A DNA stretch of 64,000 nt from Raillietiella orientalis (Eukaryota), in the NCBI GenBank assembly GCA_036172245.1, contig JAYWIR010000001.1, forward strand, positions 9,672,001-9,736,000, given 5' to 3'. Both the position numbers and the translations under genes were made by a program. How positions within the stretch are numbered: the stretch's first letter is position 1; each line of letters opens with the position of its first letter. A model generated the notes under the pieces. That model made no database searches. It had not been told where the DNA came from and was given only the letters and a program-made list of their open reading frames with translations. Positions 38,321-52,300 of the stretch are shown one piece after another.

Positions 38321-41300
38321 TTAGATTTGCACAGACACTGTGAAGAAACGCTTTCTTCCTTTCAAATTCCAAATTTTATCCACGAGGTTGGAATGAGAAA
38401 CTGCAGCGGGAAGGACTGCAGAGGCAGACTGATTTGTTTGTGATGGTGGGAAATAAAATGATCATCAGAGATGGATGGTTCCGCTCTTCCGATTTAGAAT
38501 GGAGGGTTCGAAATCATGAACGGTACGCAAAAAGCATTAACAAGTGGAGGAACTACAAACTGTTTGAAACATAGTCAACTTTTGTGAAAGAAAAAAGAAA
38601 AAAAATTCAGGCGGAGAAGTTTTGCATCATATTCAAGTTACAAGTAACAAAAACACCGTCAGCACGTGGCATACTAAGAATCTGCTCTTTACAGCTTTCT
38701 GACTGCCAAAAGCAACTGTCAGCTGTGTTGTGATGCGTGTTCGAAGGGATAATGATTAGTTAGGACTCTTTCAAACTTTTTTTCTTACAGGTGAATCAGA
38801 CAGGCTTATAAGGGAAACATAGTGAAGATATTTATGAATGTACCAACAGGTACTCTGAAAACGGGCGAGTCGAAACTTTGGTATCCTGGCAACTAATCAT
38901 TTGTCTTCCTATTCAGGTGAGTTGAGGGATATCCCAACCAATTCCGCATTTTACACCATGAAGAGATTCTTCCAAGATTAAAAGTACACTCGATGCAGAT
39001 TCATATTTACTGAAGTTTGGATTTTGCACTCCTAAACAGAAAGTTCTATGCACAAAATAGTCCATTATGAGAATGAAATCTGATTGATATTGATTAGTTG
39101 CTATATTAAGGTAAAGGCATTTGTCAGTCTTAATACTTCACTAACTTCCTTTGTAGCTGCAAAGAGCCTTAATTTCTCAGAATTAATCAATGTAAAGTGT
39201 CCGTTGACTGTGTCCATTTTTTTGCTGTATCGTAGGCAAAAAAAAGTTTACATGGGATGATTTTTGTCTTAGCTGAGAAACTGTCCATGAAAGTATACCC
39301 GTATTGCTATTGGTAGAAGCACGTCTAAAAGACACGAATGTCCACAATGATTTCAGATCTTCAAATATTGGTTTGCCGTCATGCTCCGTTCATAATGTAG
39401 GATCCCTATCCCACTGTGAAATTGGTACATGTTTATGAGCACTCCAACTTCGCTGACAGGAAAAAATATGTCGCCAAGGCTGGATCACTCTTTTTTAGAT
39501 AAAATGCTCCCCGTTGCCAAATTGTTCTCAATGTAAGATCCATTGATCCTCAATTTATCCTCTGCAGCTTTCTGCTCAGAAAGGTAAACCTGTTTGTAAT
39601 GACTGAGCTTTGTTTCCTTTGCATATACATTCGCCTGAAGAAAAACCTACTATGTTAAAAGAAATGAAATATTGGTCTTAATCTCGAAGCTCAAATGCCA
39701 TTCTTCTATAATGCTTAAGCTTCATTCTGGTCCAGCTGGCAACCACTGAAGCATGATGAGATGCTGCATTCCAAGAATGTAATTATGAAATTGGCTGCTT
39801 CGTTTTCGATCCATGAAGCATCGATAGATGGTTTCTCTGGAGTTGAAACGCCATTTATTGTTTCACTCAACCTCAATGTATTGAATCCAGCACTTCGAAG
39901 CGTAGATCAAGGGACTTGATCTGGATAAGCAATTAAGGTTATTAACCCAGATTATTAACTTAAAGGTATAATTACATCTAAAATTTGCATGTAAAAAAGG
40001 CATTTAAAGACGTGCATTTGTGAGATAAGAAGATTCTTCATAGGACTGAAAGATGGACGCCGCAGCAATGTAGAAGGGACGACTGGCATATTCATGGGGA
40101 ATATGCAGTCTAGCAGAGCAGCCATTTCAAAGATTCCAAAGTCAAGGAAAGTCTCCGAGTGACGATGGCAATCTGATGCCATGCTTCAAGATGAAAACTC
40201 ACCCATATCGGGATGTTGGCGAAGGCAATTATTAAATCACAAACACCCCCCCGTTTTTCTTTTCCTTTGGAAACAGCTGTTTCTGAAAATGGAGTATCAT
40301 TTGTTAATGGTTGTCTTGATCTGTAACAAGGAAGAGCAAATTTCCATTTCTGCGATTTGCTAATGTGAGGTTGTAAGAGGTAACTTGCTATCCTTCAGGA
40401 TCATCATCTATTTAACTAATACGTTTGATCCCTGAATCATAGGGAATGAATATACCAGATGTGGTTTATAGAATCGGATTACATAACCAGCAACACAGCA
40501 GTGTTCAAGGAACAAAATGAAACATAAAATGAAGAAATTCTCGCTTACGTTCCAACAACAAAATGAATGTAAATGAAGCAATGAATATCACTGAGGCCGA
40601 TAAGCATAGCCAATGACTTATCTGCATTCTTCCAGATGATGCTGGAAACAGGCGGATATTTTGAAACATCTCTTTGCTGGAAATTCCGATGTCTGTTGTG
40701 TAGGAACTAATTTCTAAGAAAGTAAGAAAAAGTTACGCATTAATATACAGCAGATGATTTTCTATTCTCTTTGCTTCGAAATTTGAGCATTCGTCTATAG
40801 TAAAGTGACTTTCTAATCCGAGCTCTTTCGAACTTTTCTCTCACCTCTCCGTTTTGATATTCATTTCTATGACATGTTATTCCTTTTTCCCTATTACTTT
40901 TAAGACAGCACCGGTATGGGAAATTGGAATGCACCAAGAGTACCGCATGCACTTTTTTCCGAATTCTGAAGGGGTTAATTGAAAGCGGCTCTGTTTAAGT
41001 CGACTTAAGGAAATATGAGATAGAAGAGCTCCTCATAATTATAATTATCTGTAGTTATTCGTCTCGACAAGCAGGCAATGCCTGGTGTTTGCCATAATGA
41101 GCTGACTACAGAAAGCTGCTGTCTCTGCTTGCCACTTCCTAGAAAGAGGTCACTTGCTAGTTCACTTTGAAATCGAGTGGGGCTGGAGTAAGAAAGCAAC
41201 GAGGACTACGGTCTGTTAGCCCAGATTCATTAAACAACGTCACCTCCGTACAGTGGTCCCTGCCGATATGAAAATGAAGATCAGCTGCAAACGACGACCA

Positions 41301-44300
41301 ACCCGGAACGCCTGGACGTTGGTTCAGGGATGCCAAGTACATTTGCAGAATATTGCTAAGCCTACTTCAACAATAGGAGGATTGAAAAACACAAACTACT
41401 CAAGAATAAAGGAAAAGCTACCTCTAAAAGTTTTTTTAAGTATTAATTGTAAGCTTCCTTTCTGGAACCACTTGTTGACCATGGTAATCACACCACCCGT
41501 CTTACTCTTAATTAAATAGGTAATTAGTTGGAATGAGAAACTGCGAAAGCAAACTGAAATGAATCAAATAAAAAGATGGCATCTGAGACCATGCAGGCTT
41601 AGAAGGCCAAATAGATGGAAAAAGAAGCGATTATGAAGAAGTATTTTTGAGTGCTTTTCAGCTCTCTCTTTGCAGGCTGAACTACATCGAAGTTGGACAG
41701 ATGATGCGAGGTTTTTCTGATCGATTCTGCTAGTTGACTCAAAAATTTAGCCAAATCTGGCACTTCACAAGAAACATACCATTATCACCTACGGTGTTTG
41801 CTGGCTCTTCGAAAAATGACTGACAACATTCGAAGAATCACGACAAAGGATAGACAGCAAACATCGAAAGCTGTCTCTACACCTTGTCTCCAGTGGAGAG
41901 TCTACCATATCCTAATACTTATACCTGTCAGCATCAGCACCAGTGTCAGTGGTAGGCTACCAGGAGTCCGAGACACAAGTCCTGCATTAACTGGAAATCC
42001 TTCTCATGTTTGCAGACAGCATGAAGTGTTCCACGTGTAGTCCAGCTGAGACACCTATATTGGGCAAATTCCCTAGGTCAGTCCCTAGTCAAGATAAAAC
42101 AGTTTCAATAACAAGCGCTTCATGAAGCAGACTCTAGGATTTACAGTATGGATCCATAAATCAGTTACTGTGGCACCCTTTATTCTGAAGCTTCATCGAA
42201 TGCATCTGGCTCATTTCGTTACATCTAACGTCGTCTGGAGAAATCAGTCCATACGGCATGTCTTCTGTATTGCGACTGAGATTTCAATAAATAACAAAGA
42301 TGAGATAGGTTCTTGGAACTGTTTGCTAAAAGATGCCGTCCTTTCTTCACTTGCCTCAAAGGAATTTATGGAAGATGCATTACTAACTCACAAGGTAAAT
42401 ATTTCGATCATGTTCGGTACGTGATGTATAAGTTATGCCGGACTGTTTTTGAGCACCTTTGGATGTACCATGACTTCAGTTGGGTTTATCCGTATATCAA
42501 AGTGTACTGGACTCAGATGGACTACTTGAGTTTTACTACAATTAACTGAAACCTTAGCATCCGTCTTTTCATGGAAAGGAAAAACAAGTATCAACTTCCC
42601 TAGGCACCCATATAATGGATGTTCTACCAACTGTGATCTGAGACAGTGTTTATTTTCGTGTACGATATCAAAAGTGAAGAAATATGGGAAAATACATATG
42701 AATGGATGAATGCTTCCAATCCCTACCAGTGTGAAAATATGTTCACGTTAGTAAACATTTCACATTTTCATCCTCTATTCGCATAGGACTAGCTATTGGG
42801 ATCGTCTAGCGGTACAACTTTAGTGTGCATATCTGCTCGTGACTGGATGACGACAGCCTTTGTCATTTATCAGATTGTGGGTATTAAATAAATAAAAAAT
42901 TCTGCTAAGAATTTAAAAAAAAAGACATGTTTCATCACACAGGAAAAGTTTTCTCATCGCCTTGGTTGATTCTGCGTCAAAAAACACGTCCTTCAACTCA
43001 AGGATTTGAAAAGGTGAACTTTCTTTAATGAAAATTTATTATTCTCCACAATCAAAAGTACACCACAATGTAATGTCAAGGAATCCAATCATCCCTTAGA
43101 GATTCAATGAAAAGTACGTAGCAACATATTCCAAACGTGCAGCAGTCAAAATCTAAACGGAGCAATCTGAAATCAACGTTTAGAAGTGGAACTGGCAGTC
43201 ATGTGAAGTTTTGTGATAACCATACCATAAATGACAGATCCAGATAAAGTTTCCTCAGCAAGTCTGTATATCACAGCAAACTGGTGAAAGAAATGTAAAA
43301 TTGTGAACAGGTTTCTCTGTTTGTTTTTGTAAACTCGTTTTTTTCCCCACTAAGAAACGTCTGAAGGAGTCTTTAGAAGTGTTAACGTGGAATTTACCTC
43401 CAGGTAAATTCTGCGATGTTACGCTGAACTTCTTTCAGAGATGAGAAAATTTAATTTTAGAATGGTGAGCACTTTCTTGAGCCAACATGCATTTAAATAG
43501 AGATGCTCTCCTGCCAGAATGATTTTTATTCTCAGAATTTTATATTTGGAACTAACTAAAGTGGAAAACAGTTGAAATACTGTTTTCTTTCTTTATGCTT
43601 TCCTGATAAGACTAGCTGATGGAAAATCATTCCAGTTGTTTCACAGCTGAAACAAAGAAATTCTACCAAAGTTTACCGATGAGGAAAATATTCTGGCTAC
43701 ATGCGCAGGAAGCTCGAAAAATAAAAGTACTTCTGGCATTCCTGAATGCACGTGGGAACTTAGTAGAAAGAATAACGTTTTACTCAATACCCATTGAGCA
43801 ATCACATGAAACATTTCGAAATTCCTATTCACACGACGTGTGGTTCGTTCCAATTTTCTTCCTGCTACGATTAGATAAGAAATATTTTTTTTGCCCTCCG
43901 ATGTTTTTTGTTTTTGTTTTTCAAACGCGTAGGTGAATCCTTTACAGCCTCCACGGTTCGATGATTGTTGTTCAGTTTCTTCAGGCAATGATCACAAATT
44001 TGCTCCTTTTATAATGAAAGAGCTGACGATAAACAGATGGAGAACAGTGCATCGAACTTGAAACGACTCTCTTTCAAACTTGTGAATAGCTTATCCGTAG
44101 GTCTTTTGCATCGTTTGTCAATTTTGCAACCAAAGTCCCTCTGCGAACGCAATCAGATGAAATAGGATGTTAAAAAGAAAAGCTCGAAGGTCGCACGGAG
44201 GAGAAGGAACATCTCAACCATGAAACCGAATCCCAGGCTTTTACCAAATTCTTGAGTTCGAGAAGAAAAATCACAAGCGATGTTCACTGCAGCAGCACTT

Positions 44301-44917
44301 GTTGCGACCAACGCAGCAAAACATCGAGAACACCAGTAAGAAATACTCAGGGTGTTTTTAAAGTGATTCCACCAGAGTGCTGTGGAGAAGTTCCACTTGA
44401 GAGTGGTCCTTTGAAGAGATCCTTGGGAAATGAATGTTCATCAGCATGTCTCACACCTGTTTTTGTCTCTAATGGTTTTGTTTTCGCAGTCTGCCTCTTG
44501 GATATCCGCTAAGAATGATTGGTTAACAATTTGGTTTATATGTATGTCACCGTAACCTTGCAGATGCACTGTGGATTGTACATCTACCACGCATCTTAGA
44601 TGCACTGCTAGCTCTCCTAATTTGCCGTTAAGTACAGAGAATATTAACATTGAGATCAGGCTGAAGACACACCGGCTGTTCTTCATCAGCTGCATCTGAA
44701 AGCATTAACGAATGTCTTTGAATTTACACAAACCCTCTTTCCAGGAACGGTAGATTGCCGTAGGCACGGCTCCACATTTTTTCAGAAATTTTCCCCTTCG
44801 GTTATGGACGCTGGGAAATTTCTGCTTCATTTTTTTTCCTCTTTTACAGAGAGGCGAGACATCTTTCCCCATTATTGGTATTCATCTTGCCCTTCGCTCA
44901 GGTGCAATGGTCACCAC

Positions 44918-44947
44918 GTCCTGCAGACTGAACTCAGTCTGCAGGAC
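44918..44947. repeat. Perfect 14-bp inverted repeat with 2-nt spacer
   Basis: gtcctgcagactga-ac-tcagtctgcaggac. Confidence 0.9.
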
Positions 44948-46383
44948 AGTTCACCACTTGCGGTCCGCTTCAGGTCAGCCAGACGCCAGTCTGTTAATAC
45001 ACCCCTGAGCTCGCAAAGAACGGCACTTTGACGATGATCATGACTTTCAGATGGCAAATACAGTTCCTTCCGATCTCCTATTGCGGCCAAATCGTATCGT
45101 TCGAATAAGGCGCGGAAGCTGCGATTTGCTATGCAGCCCGCGCCTTCAAGCAGCCAGCGCCCAGCCAGATTTTCTCATGCACTCACGAGGCAATCTCAGT
45201 GTAGAAGTCCGCCAAGTGAATAACCGTACAGCAAAAGAACCCTTCTGAAATCTCCTACATGCAACTCATTGACGATACTTTCGCCGTGCCTTTTCTTCAA
45301 TAAGATCAAACGGCATGTCGTGCAATTTCCGGATAGAGAGATGAGCTCTGATCATCGCCAGTGACACTTTCAGCAGCACCTTCTCCATAACCACTTTCCT
45401 TTGCTTTCCAACTCGGGATGGCATTTCAAGTGATCTCCACCTGCTCCGATCCGAATTTCGCAATCACCGGGAGCTTTAGGCGATTTTTTTGCCAAAAGGA
45501 TGAAAGGATTAACGGCCGTTTATCAGGGGAACCAAGCCAAGTGCAAAGTACTGATTCGCAGTGGAATGCTCTCTCATGTTCAGATCTATGGCGATACGAA
45601 TCGTGGTCTGCGTGAAAACTGTGCATCACATCGACCTCGACCGATTCCACGTTGATTGGCTCCACTTTTACGAATGCAAACCACCTAATCTTCAAGAACC
45701 GTGGTTCTGCACCACACTCAGGAGACACAGAATAATGGGCAAACACAGGCAGTTTCTTGCCTTTTGAAATTTTATTCTCGGACTTTGCGTTGTCGTCAAA
45801 GAAAACCAAACATCTCTAACTGCATCTTCAAGGGGAGGAAGGGGGGGGGGAGGAACACCTCATTAATTAAGAATTTCCAGAATTTTTCTGCTACATTATT
45901 GAAGCCACCATTGGTCAACCTACTCCTACACTCTAGTTATTTACATACGAAAAAGCTAAATATCAAGTGCTTGGACTGGTGCATACTGCGGAAAAATTAG
46001 GAGCTAGAGCATAGGAAAACGCATACACATGTAGGTGCCCTTCGAGAAATTCAAACTGGCACGAGAATCCTTGAAAGAATGACCATCTGCGAGGATAAGT
46101 GCCAGCATCTGAAGCGAGATTAGACTTGCCTGATGTCTTTATCCAGCTTCTGATTACCATTATTTCTTTTTGAGGGGGGAGGGGGAGAGGAATGAAATGA
46201 AAATTTCAAAAATGGGTCTAGAAGCATATAATTCCAAAGGTCGGAATGGATAAACTTGGACTTACATCCAGCTTGCTCACTTATACTTAGTTTGTTGAAT
46301 CAAGATTCGCCAACCGTAAGAATAGCAAGGGGAAACAGGTTTTATTGTAAATTTTGAATTTCCTCCGGTATCACAAGCGCATT

Positions 46384-49105
46384 TCAATCACAAGAACCGT
46401 CTTTCCAACCATCTTTCCAACGTTCAAACACTAAGTCACAATCAAAGATAGCTTTGCCAAGCTTTCCGTTCACTTTATTGTGGGCATCGCACAGCCATCG
46501 TGATAGTTTTTCTGCAGAGAACGTGTTGGGAGGATATTCTTTTAGACTAACCATCCGGAAAACCTAGAAGTTTACGTCCAATACCAATCAACTTACTGCA
46601 ACTGAAAGTCTTCGGCGCAGTAATCACAGGGATAAAATTTCGCAAACAGGTGAAGAAAATCTTTCATGTCATTCTGTTGCTGGACCGTTGGACTTGAAGG
46701 ATAATATGCTGCTAGGGTATGAAGTACTGACCAGGAGGAGTTGCCCAGCTGCTGCCGATCGAGAGGGCATTCCTTGTGACTTTGCTACGGTACATTAGTA
46801 GAGAAAAAGATGCATTTGCAATGCAAACACAAAGTTTCAGCACTCATAAAGACAGTACATTCGAGAACAACCAAACTCAAGGAAGCACTTTATAGGTTGT
46901 TTACAGTAGTCCGAAAGAATTCTGAGCACCCACGGTTTCCCATGGGGGAGCGCCTTTTGAATGAGTTACCCACGTGATGCCAAAAGTCGAAAAGCTTCTC
47001 ACTCGACGTTTACCGACAGAGAAAGTGGTAAATGAATACTTTTTCGAGGCAAATACAGAGATTCCGTACAATGAGAACATAATCTAACACAAGATTCACA
47101 AGCAGACATGTACGAAATTGCGCATCCCGCCCCAAAATCAATAGAGGGAAGCAAGAGTTTTGTATTCCAAACACACTTCCTCCATGCTTAGCTCTTCAAT
47201 ACACTCTTTTTTTTTTTTAAACAAGAGAGAGAGAGGGGGGGGGGAATTCACTCCTGATCGATGTGGTCTTCGGTCACTCTTATGCAAAAAAAAAACAAGG
47301 AGCACTGCTGTTGGGATGCAGGCTCCAAAGGTTCAAAACACAAATCCGTAGAACAGAAAGAATCCAAAAGAAGAGGGCGCTATCCAATAACGTACAAGCA
47401 TTTATCATAGGAAAAACTACTGTGTATGAATTTTTAATGACCATCATCTGAAAGGAGCCGTTTCACTGTATGCCACACATCGCAAGGCTACCAACACCGT
47501 GAATTCAATCACCTTAATGCACCTGCCGCTGAAAACCTTCAAACAGGATCAGTTTTCCAACATTTCAATCATGAAAACTCTGAAAGACTCTCATGAAATC
47601 TGATGAAAAGTTTTGCTTCCGAAATTCATTTGTGAATCGACTATAACTGTGCAACCAGTAGGATGGTGGCAGCGAATCGAAGAGCCACCGGCCGCATGAA
47701 GGACGAAGGTTGAAAAGTATCTCTTGCAAGGTGGAAGACGACAACCTCAGCGTCAAACCGAAGTGGATGGGCAAGATCATCCACCACGGATACAGCCCTT
47801 GACCTCGTGACAAAACGTGTGCAGACGATTCGAATAAAATCAACACACACTTTTCTGACGCACAGCGAATCTGATTGGGAACCTTTATTTCGAGTTCCTG
47901 TGCACACGATCGGAAATTCAAACTGGCAGCGAACTCTGAGGCCACAAAAAGGAAACCAACTTTGTGATGGGTCGATTGAACAATTTATTGACGACTGTTT
48001 CGGTTTCAGGGTGGCCCAACAGAAACTTCACGCTCATGCAAACAGAATCACAAAGAAAAGCTCTCGGCTGCAACCGCAGTGGGTTACAAAAATTGCAATC
48101 AAAATCCAAAACTCCGAAATAGCCTCGAATTCAAAGATCAGCTTTTATTAAATTATTGTACGCTGAAAGCTACGGTAAAGAACCAGTGGTCTCTCACAAA
48201 AATCTTACTGACAAACAAAAATCAAGAAACTAATTGAAAGCAAAACAAAACAAATTACATTACATGAACATTGAGGGCTGAACTTGAATGATAAAGATCA
48301 CAGAAAAACAGTCATTTGATAAGAGAACTTAAAAGCTACCACATGAAAAACCAAGCAGCGAGCAAAAATCTATTGCAGACACTTAACCACGGTTAAAAAT
48401 GCCATGATCATTACAAAAACACTACACTACAGTATGATGCAATAGCTCCCCTTAACTTTCACCATCAATGAAAACCATTGGTTGCTACTGTATACAAGAA
48501 AAATAACATACGAAGGAATGGAATGAACAATAATCCTTAATGCAACATTTAGTTCAAGAAATCAACATACAGATTACTTGCTACACATTTATAGGTTTAA
48601 CAGTGGAATCAAGTTTTCAGGAACATACCTGATTGCTTACAACATATTCCTAATATGATGCAAAAACATTGAACATGATATGACGTGCTTAATTACAGCA
48701 AACATGTTATTACTGTTCTTTCTTAAATAAGCCATGAGGTCTAAAATAAAGTCTGTTAATTATGGGTGACCTCACTGTGCCGCTGGCATATGAGAATAGC
48801 AAATATCAACTTTATATATCACCATGAAACCATTACTCATCAATAATTGATATCTCCGTATGCTAAATACAATATAATGGTGATATGCACTTTCTCAACA
48901 ACAAATTATACAAAGTACAGTGAGTGCTATTAGTTACTATCTCAACACTGACCGTATCGTGGCTAAGATCACCATTTCGACTGCTTTCATCTGTAGGTGG
49001 ATCCTTGTTTATTTTTTCTGCTTGAATTTTGAACCATGATTTAAAATCGTTACACGCTCGACAACTTTCCTCAGAATTTTTTACATTTTTACCGGGAGTC
49101 GCCAT
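46384..49105 (-). CDS. GFER: FAD-linked sulfhydryl oxidase ALR/Erv1, 3 coding exons
   Basis: Exons 48953-49105 (shuttle motif [11 protein letters not shown]), 46597-46784 ([25 protein letters not shown]...[11 protein letters not shown], redox CxxC) and 46384-46546 ([15 protein letters not shown]...[13 protein letters not shown]). GT-AG introns of 2168 and 50 nt. Exons 2-3 are not in the ORF track. Confidence 0.96.
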
Positions 49106-52100
49106 GTGAAGGTGCCATGTTTCCGAAAACAGAAATGCTGAAGTATTTTATATCCGATTCCTATCCAGAAAATTTCAAAATCAAGGAAGCAAATCTCTTC
49201 ACAAGGCATATTAATTATATCTTTTTCAAAGTAAATTTCATGTTTAGAATTGCACAGAAAATGTATTTTCTTTCCATAAAAGTAGATATGTTAATTAATG
49301 TCCTTTATAAAGTCTAACTTTTAATAGGATTTATGAAAGCAATAATATTAAATAAATAAATCGGTCATTTTTTTGAACTATTATAAACATTATATAGTTA
49401 TGAACAAAAATGGAAAAGGAATGGAAACTAAAACTATTCAGCATAGCACAAAGGGTTCTGAAATGATACCACACGATCTATTCGTTATGCTTTTTTGTCG
49501 TTCAAGTTATAAACATATGCCCTCTGTGAAGCAGGAGTAAGTCAAATGAAACTATTCCTGTGAAGAAGGAAACTTTACAACAGACATGGGCAGAATTGAA
49601 ATTAAAACCCTTTAATTTTGGTGAATTCTCTGAATATGCTTTCAGTTGATTGGTTGCACAGAAGACTTGAAATTTTGATTAAATAGCTTTGCTAACTATA
49701 CTCGGTTGGTGGTATGATTAGAAATTCCATTCCTCAAGACTCGTGGAAGCAATAAAAGTATCTTACGAACAGAATGAAAGTGAGAATAACAATTAAGCCG
49801 CAAGTATTATAGACTTTACAAAAAGATTCAATGCTGAACGGATACGAGGAGTGACTCCAAAAATATTTGTGAGTGCTGTACTTCTATATTTAGGAGAAAT
49901 ACATTGCATCATGTATTGAAAATATATTTATTATTCCATGATATATTTAAGAGAATAGAAGGCTAAAGATATCAGTGAGCATTAGAATTTGTGGAGTATT
50001 AATTCATTTAATTGATCTATACTGATTTAATGTTTTGATAAAACGAATAGCCAAAAAAAAAGCAATAGAAAATGGATAAGAAATGCATCTATCTACTTTC
50101 CTTATCACGTCACTATCATTAGTGACCTACTGTTTTCCTTAAGTTCACCATTATTCTTAGACATAATGATGTACCATAGCTATCATTTTTCCCATGAAGT
50201 TCCATTGTTCTTCTATTCAAGTGTCCATGAAGAGTGATTAATCTTTTGATTAGGGGATCATGCAGAGTTTTTGCTGTTGGAACTTATAATGTAAATTAAA
50301 GCTACACAGAGATCATATTGGATGCTGTAAGAGATTAGAAACCAATAAGATTCTTCCAGAATATTTTTTCTTTTCTTTCTTTCCTTTTTTTGGCTGTTGT
50401 GTTTTTTGAAGCATCATTTATTTCATAATGACTAAATAGAATACTAACAAAGAAGGATGCAGCTTGGAATTTGAACTATGTTTCCATGTTGAAAATCAAA
50501 TAAAACATTTGTTGGAAGCTATGTATAAAGAAAACGCTTTCTCAAGGAATTGTTTTCTCAGGTACTATAATGGCACAGCATCGGAATGAAGAACATGGGA
50601 TTGTTAAGACAACCATTGTCCTACCGTACAGTTTTAGATCGGTTTCTTATGAGTATAAATGATTGGTTGATTATGTTTTTAATTCGGGAAGCAGCAGATC
50701 GAAGTATGTGTGGAGTGCGACAAATTTTATTTGAAATTTAAAAATTGCTACTTATTTTTAATAGTACAATTATATTTTTTTTTATATAATGTTGACGAAT
50801 GCTAGTTTGAAGTGTGCCACACTTTTGCATCATCAAGCTGTTCGGTCAGCAGACAACTGAATATATGCATCCAAGTTACAGTGCATACAAATAAGCTTAT
50901 TCTATTAGAATTTGCTCTCCATCTTGTCAAATCGGTAAAATCGATCTCTTTGTGAACGTATCAAGGAAAACGAAGTGTATAGACGAACTGAGATATATCG
51001 TGTAATTCTAAAATTCAATCAACGATGCATAAAAAAGAAAGTAATTTCTCTCATTTTGATTTGTAATGCAGAAAGCATTACACATCGAAATCTCAAGTGC
51101 TTTGATGCATGAAAACTCAAATATTTTAATCCCTGACAAGCAAAAATGAATAACTTACATTCTTTTTTCAAGGTCAATTTCTGCAAATTGTGGTATATGG
51201 TAGTATTAGATAGTAGTCCAAGTAAAGAAAAAGGTGTAGAACTGCAAAGAATGTTCTTGGAATAATTCTTTGGAATTATTAATTTCTCTTAAGAAAACTG
51301 GGTAAAACATACTTCAAGAGCAAGAACACATCTCGTATCTGTGTTCGACGAAAATTGCTACTCCGGATATGAGCTCATAAGAAGCAAATACTTTTTACCC
51401 AACCATGACCTCAAGCACCGCAGGTGAATCGCAAGGTAAAGGCAATTTGAACCTAAGACCATCTCGTGTCAGGGAACGAGGTCCCAAATTTGCCACGCTG
51501 ATCACACTCACTGTTGGACGAGGTTGGACACACGTCGGTAATCTGTGTTCAGTGTTACACAGTTAACTAATAATCACATGTGTACGCTTTTTACTGCTAA
51601 TCGAGGTCCAGTGAGGCGGAATTCCTCAGATGCACAGAACAACATTAGGACAGTATTTATTTTTTTTGAAGTACATGCTCTCCCGATGCTTCGCCTGAGA
51701 CCACTACGAAACTTGAGGAACCGCGCTCACGCTCATGCAAACGTAAACGTGACCAACGGCAAGGTTTCGTGAAATTCCACGCACGAATGACTTTCCTCTT
51801 CAATTGACGTTGCCCTAATAACGAAAGAATGTAAAATTTATTTGGATTCTCGGCGTAATTTTCAAGTCGAAAAACTTGTACTACCAAAGGAATTTATAAA
51901 ATGAAAAAAAAAAAAAAAACTGTATGTTTTTTTTTGTCTTCTTCCATAGTGAATAGGACTTTGTCTTGCATACAGATTTGTGCACTTGCAAAGAGTGTGC
52001 GTCTTCTGCCCGGGTTGGTGCCACCTGAGTGAAAGGTTCGGGTGAAGATGCACCGAAAAGCACTTTTCGGGATTCTAAACATGCCCTCACTCGCATGGAA

Positions 52101-52300
52101 AAACGAAAAAGAAAAAGGGAAGGGCTTGTTCGCAAGTCAGTTTACTTTTATTTTAACACAGTTGCAGTTGCTGCATAGCCACTTCACTAGAAAGTTCGAT
52201 GATTTTCACCATACTTGTGACGTCATTTTCCTTGAACAAAATCGGCATAAAAATCCAACTGTGGTTACTTCTACGGGACACTACATTGCAGTATGATATC

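Noticed and set aside
37899-38372. ORFs across the GC patch
   Set aside because: Arg/Ala-rich in several frames; better explained as promoter/5' region composition.
39700-39840. In-frame TGA in a minus-strand frame (...WLPAGPE*SLS) as possible selenocysteine
   Set aside because: No selenoprotein-like context, no homology and no SECIS recognised.
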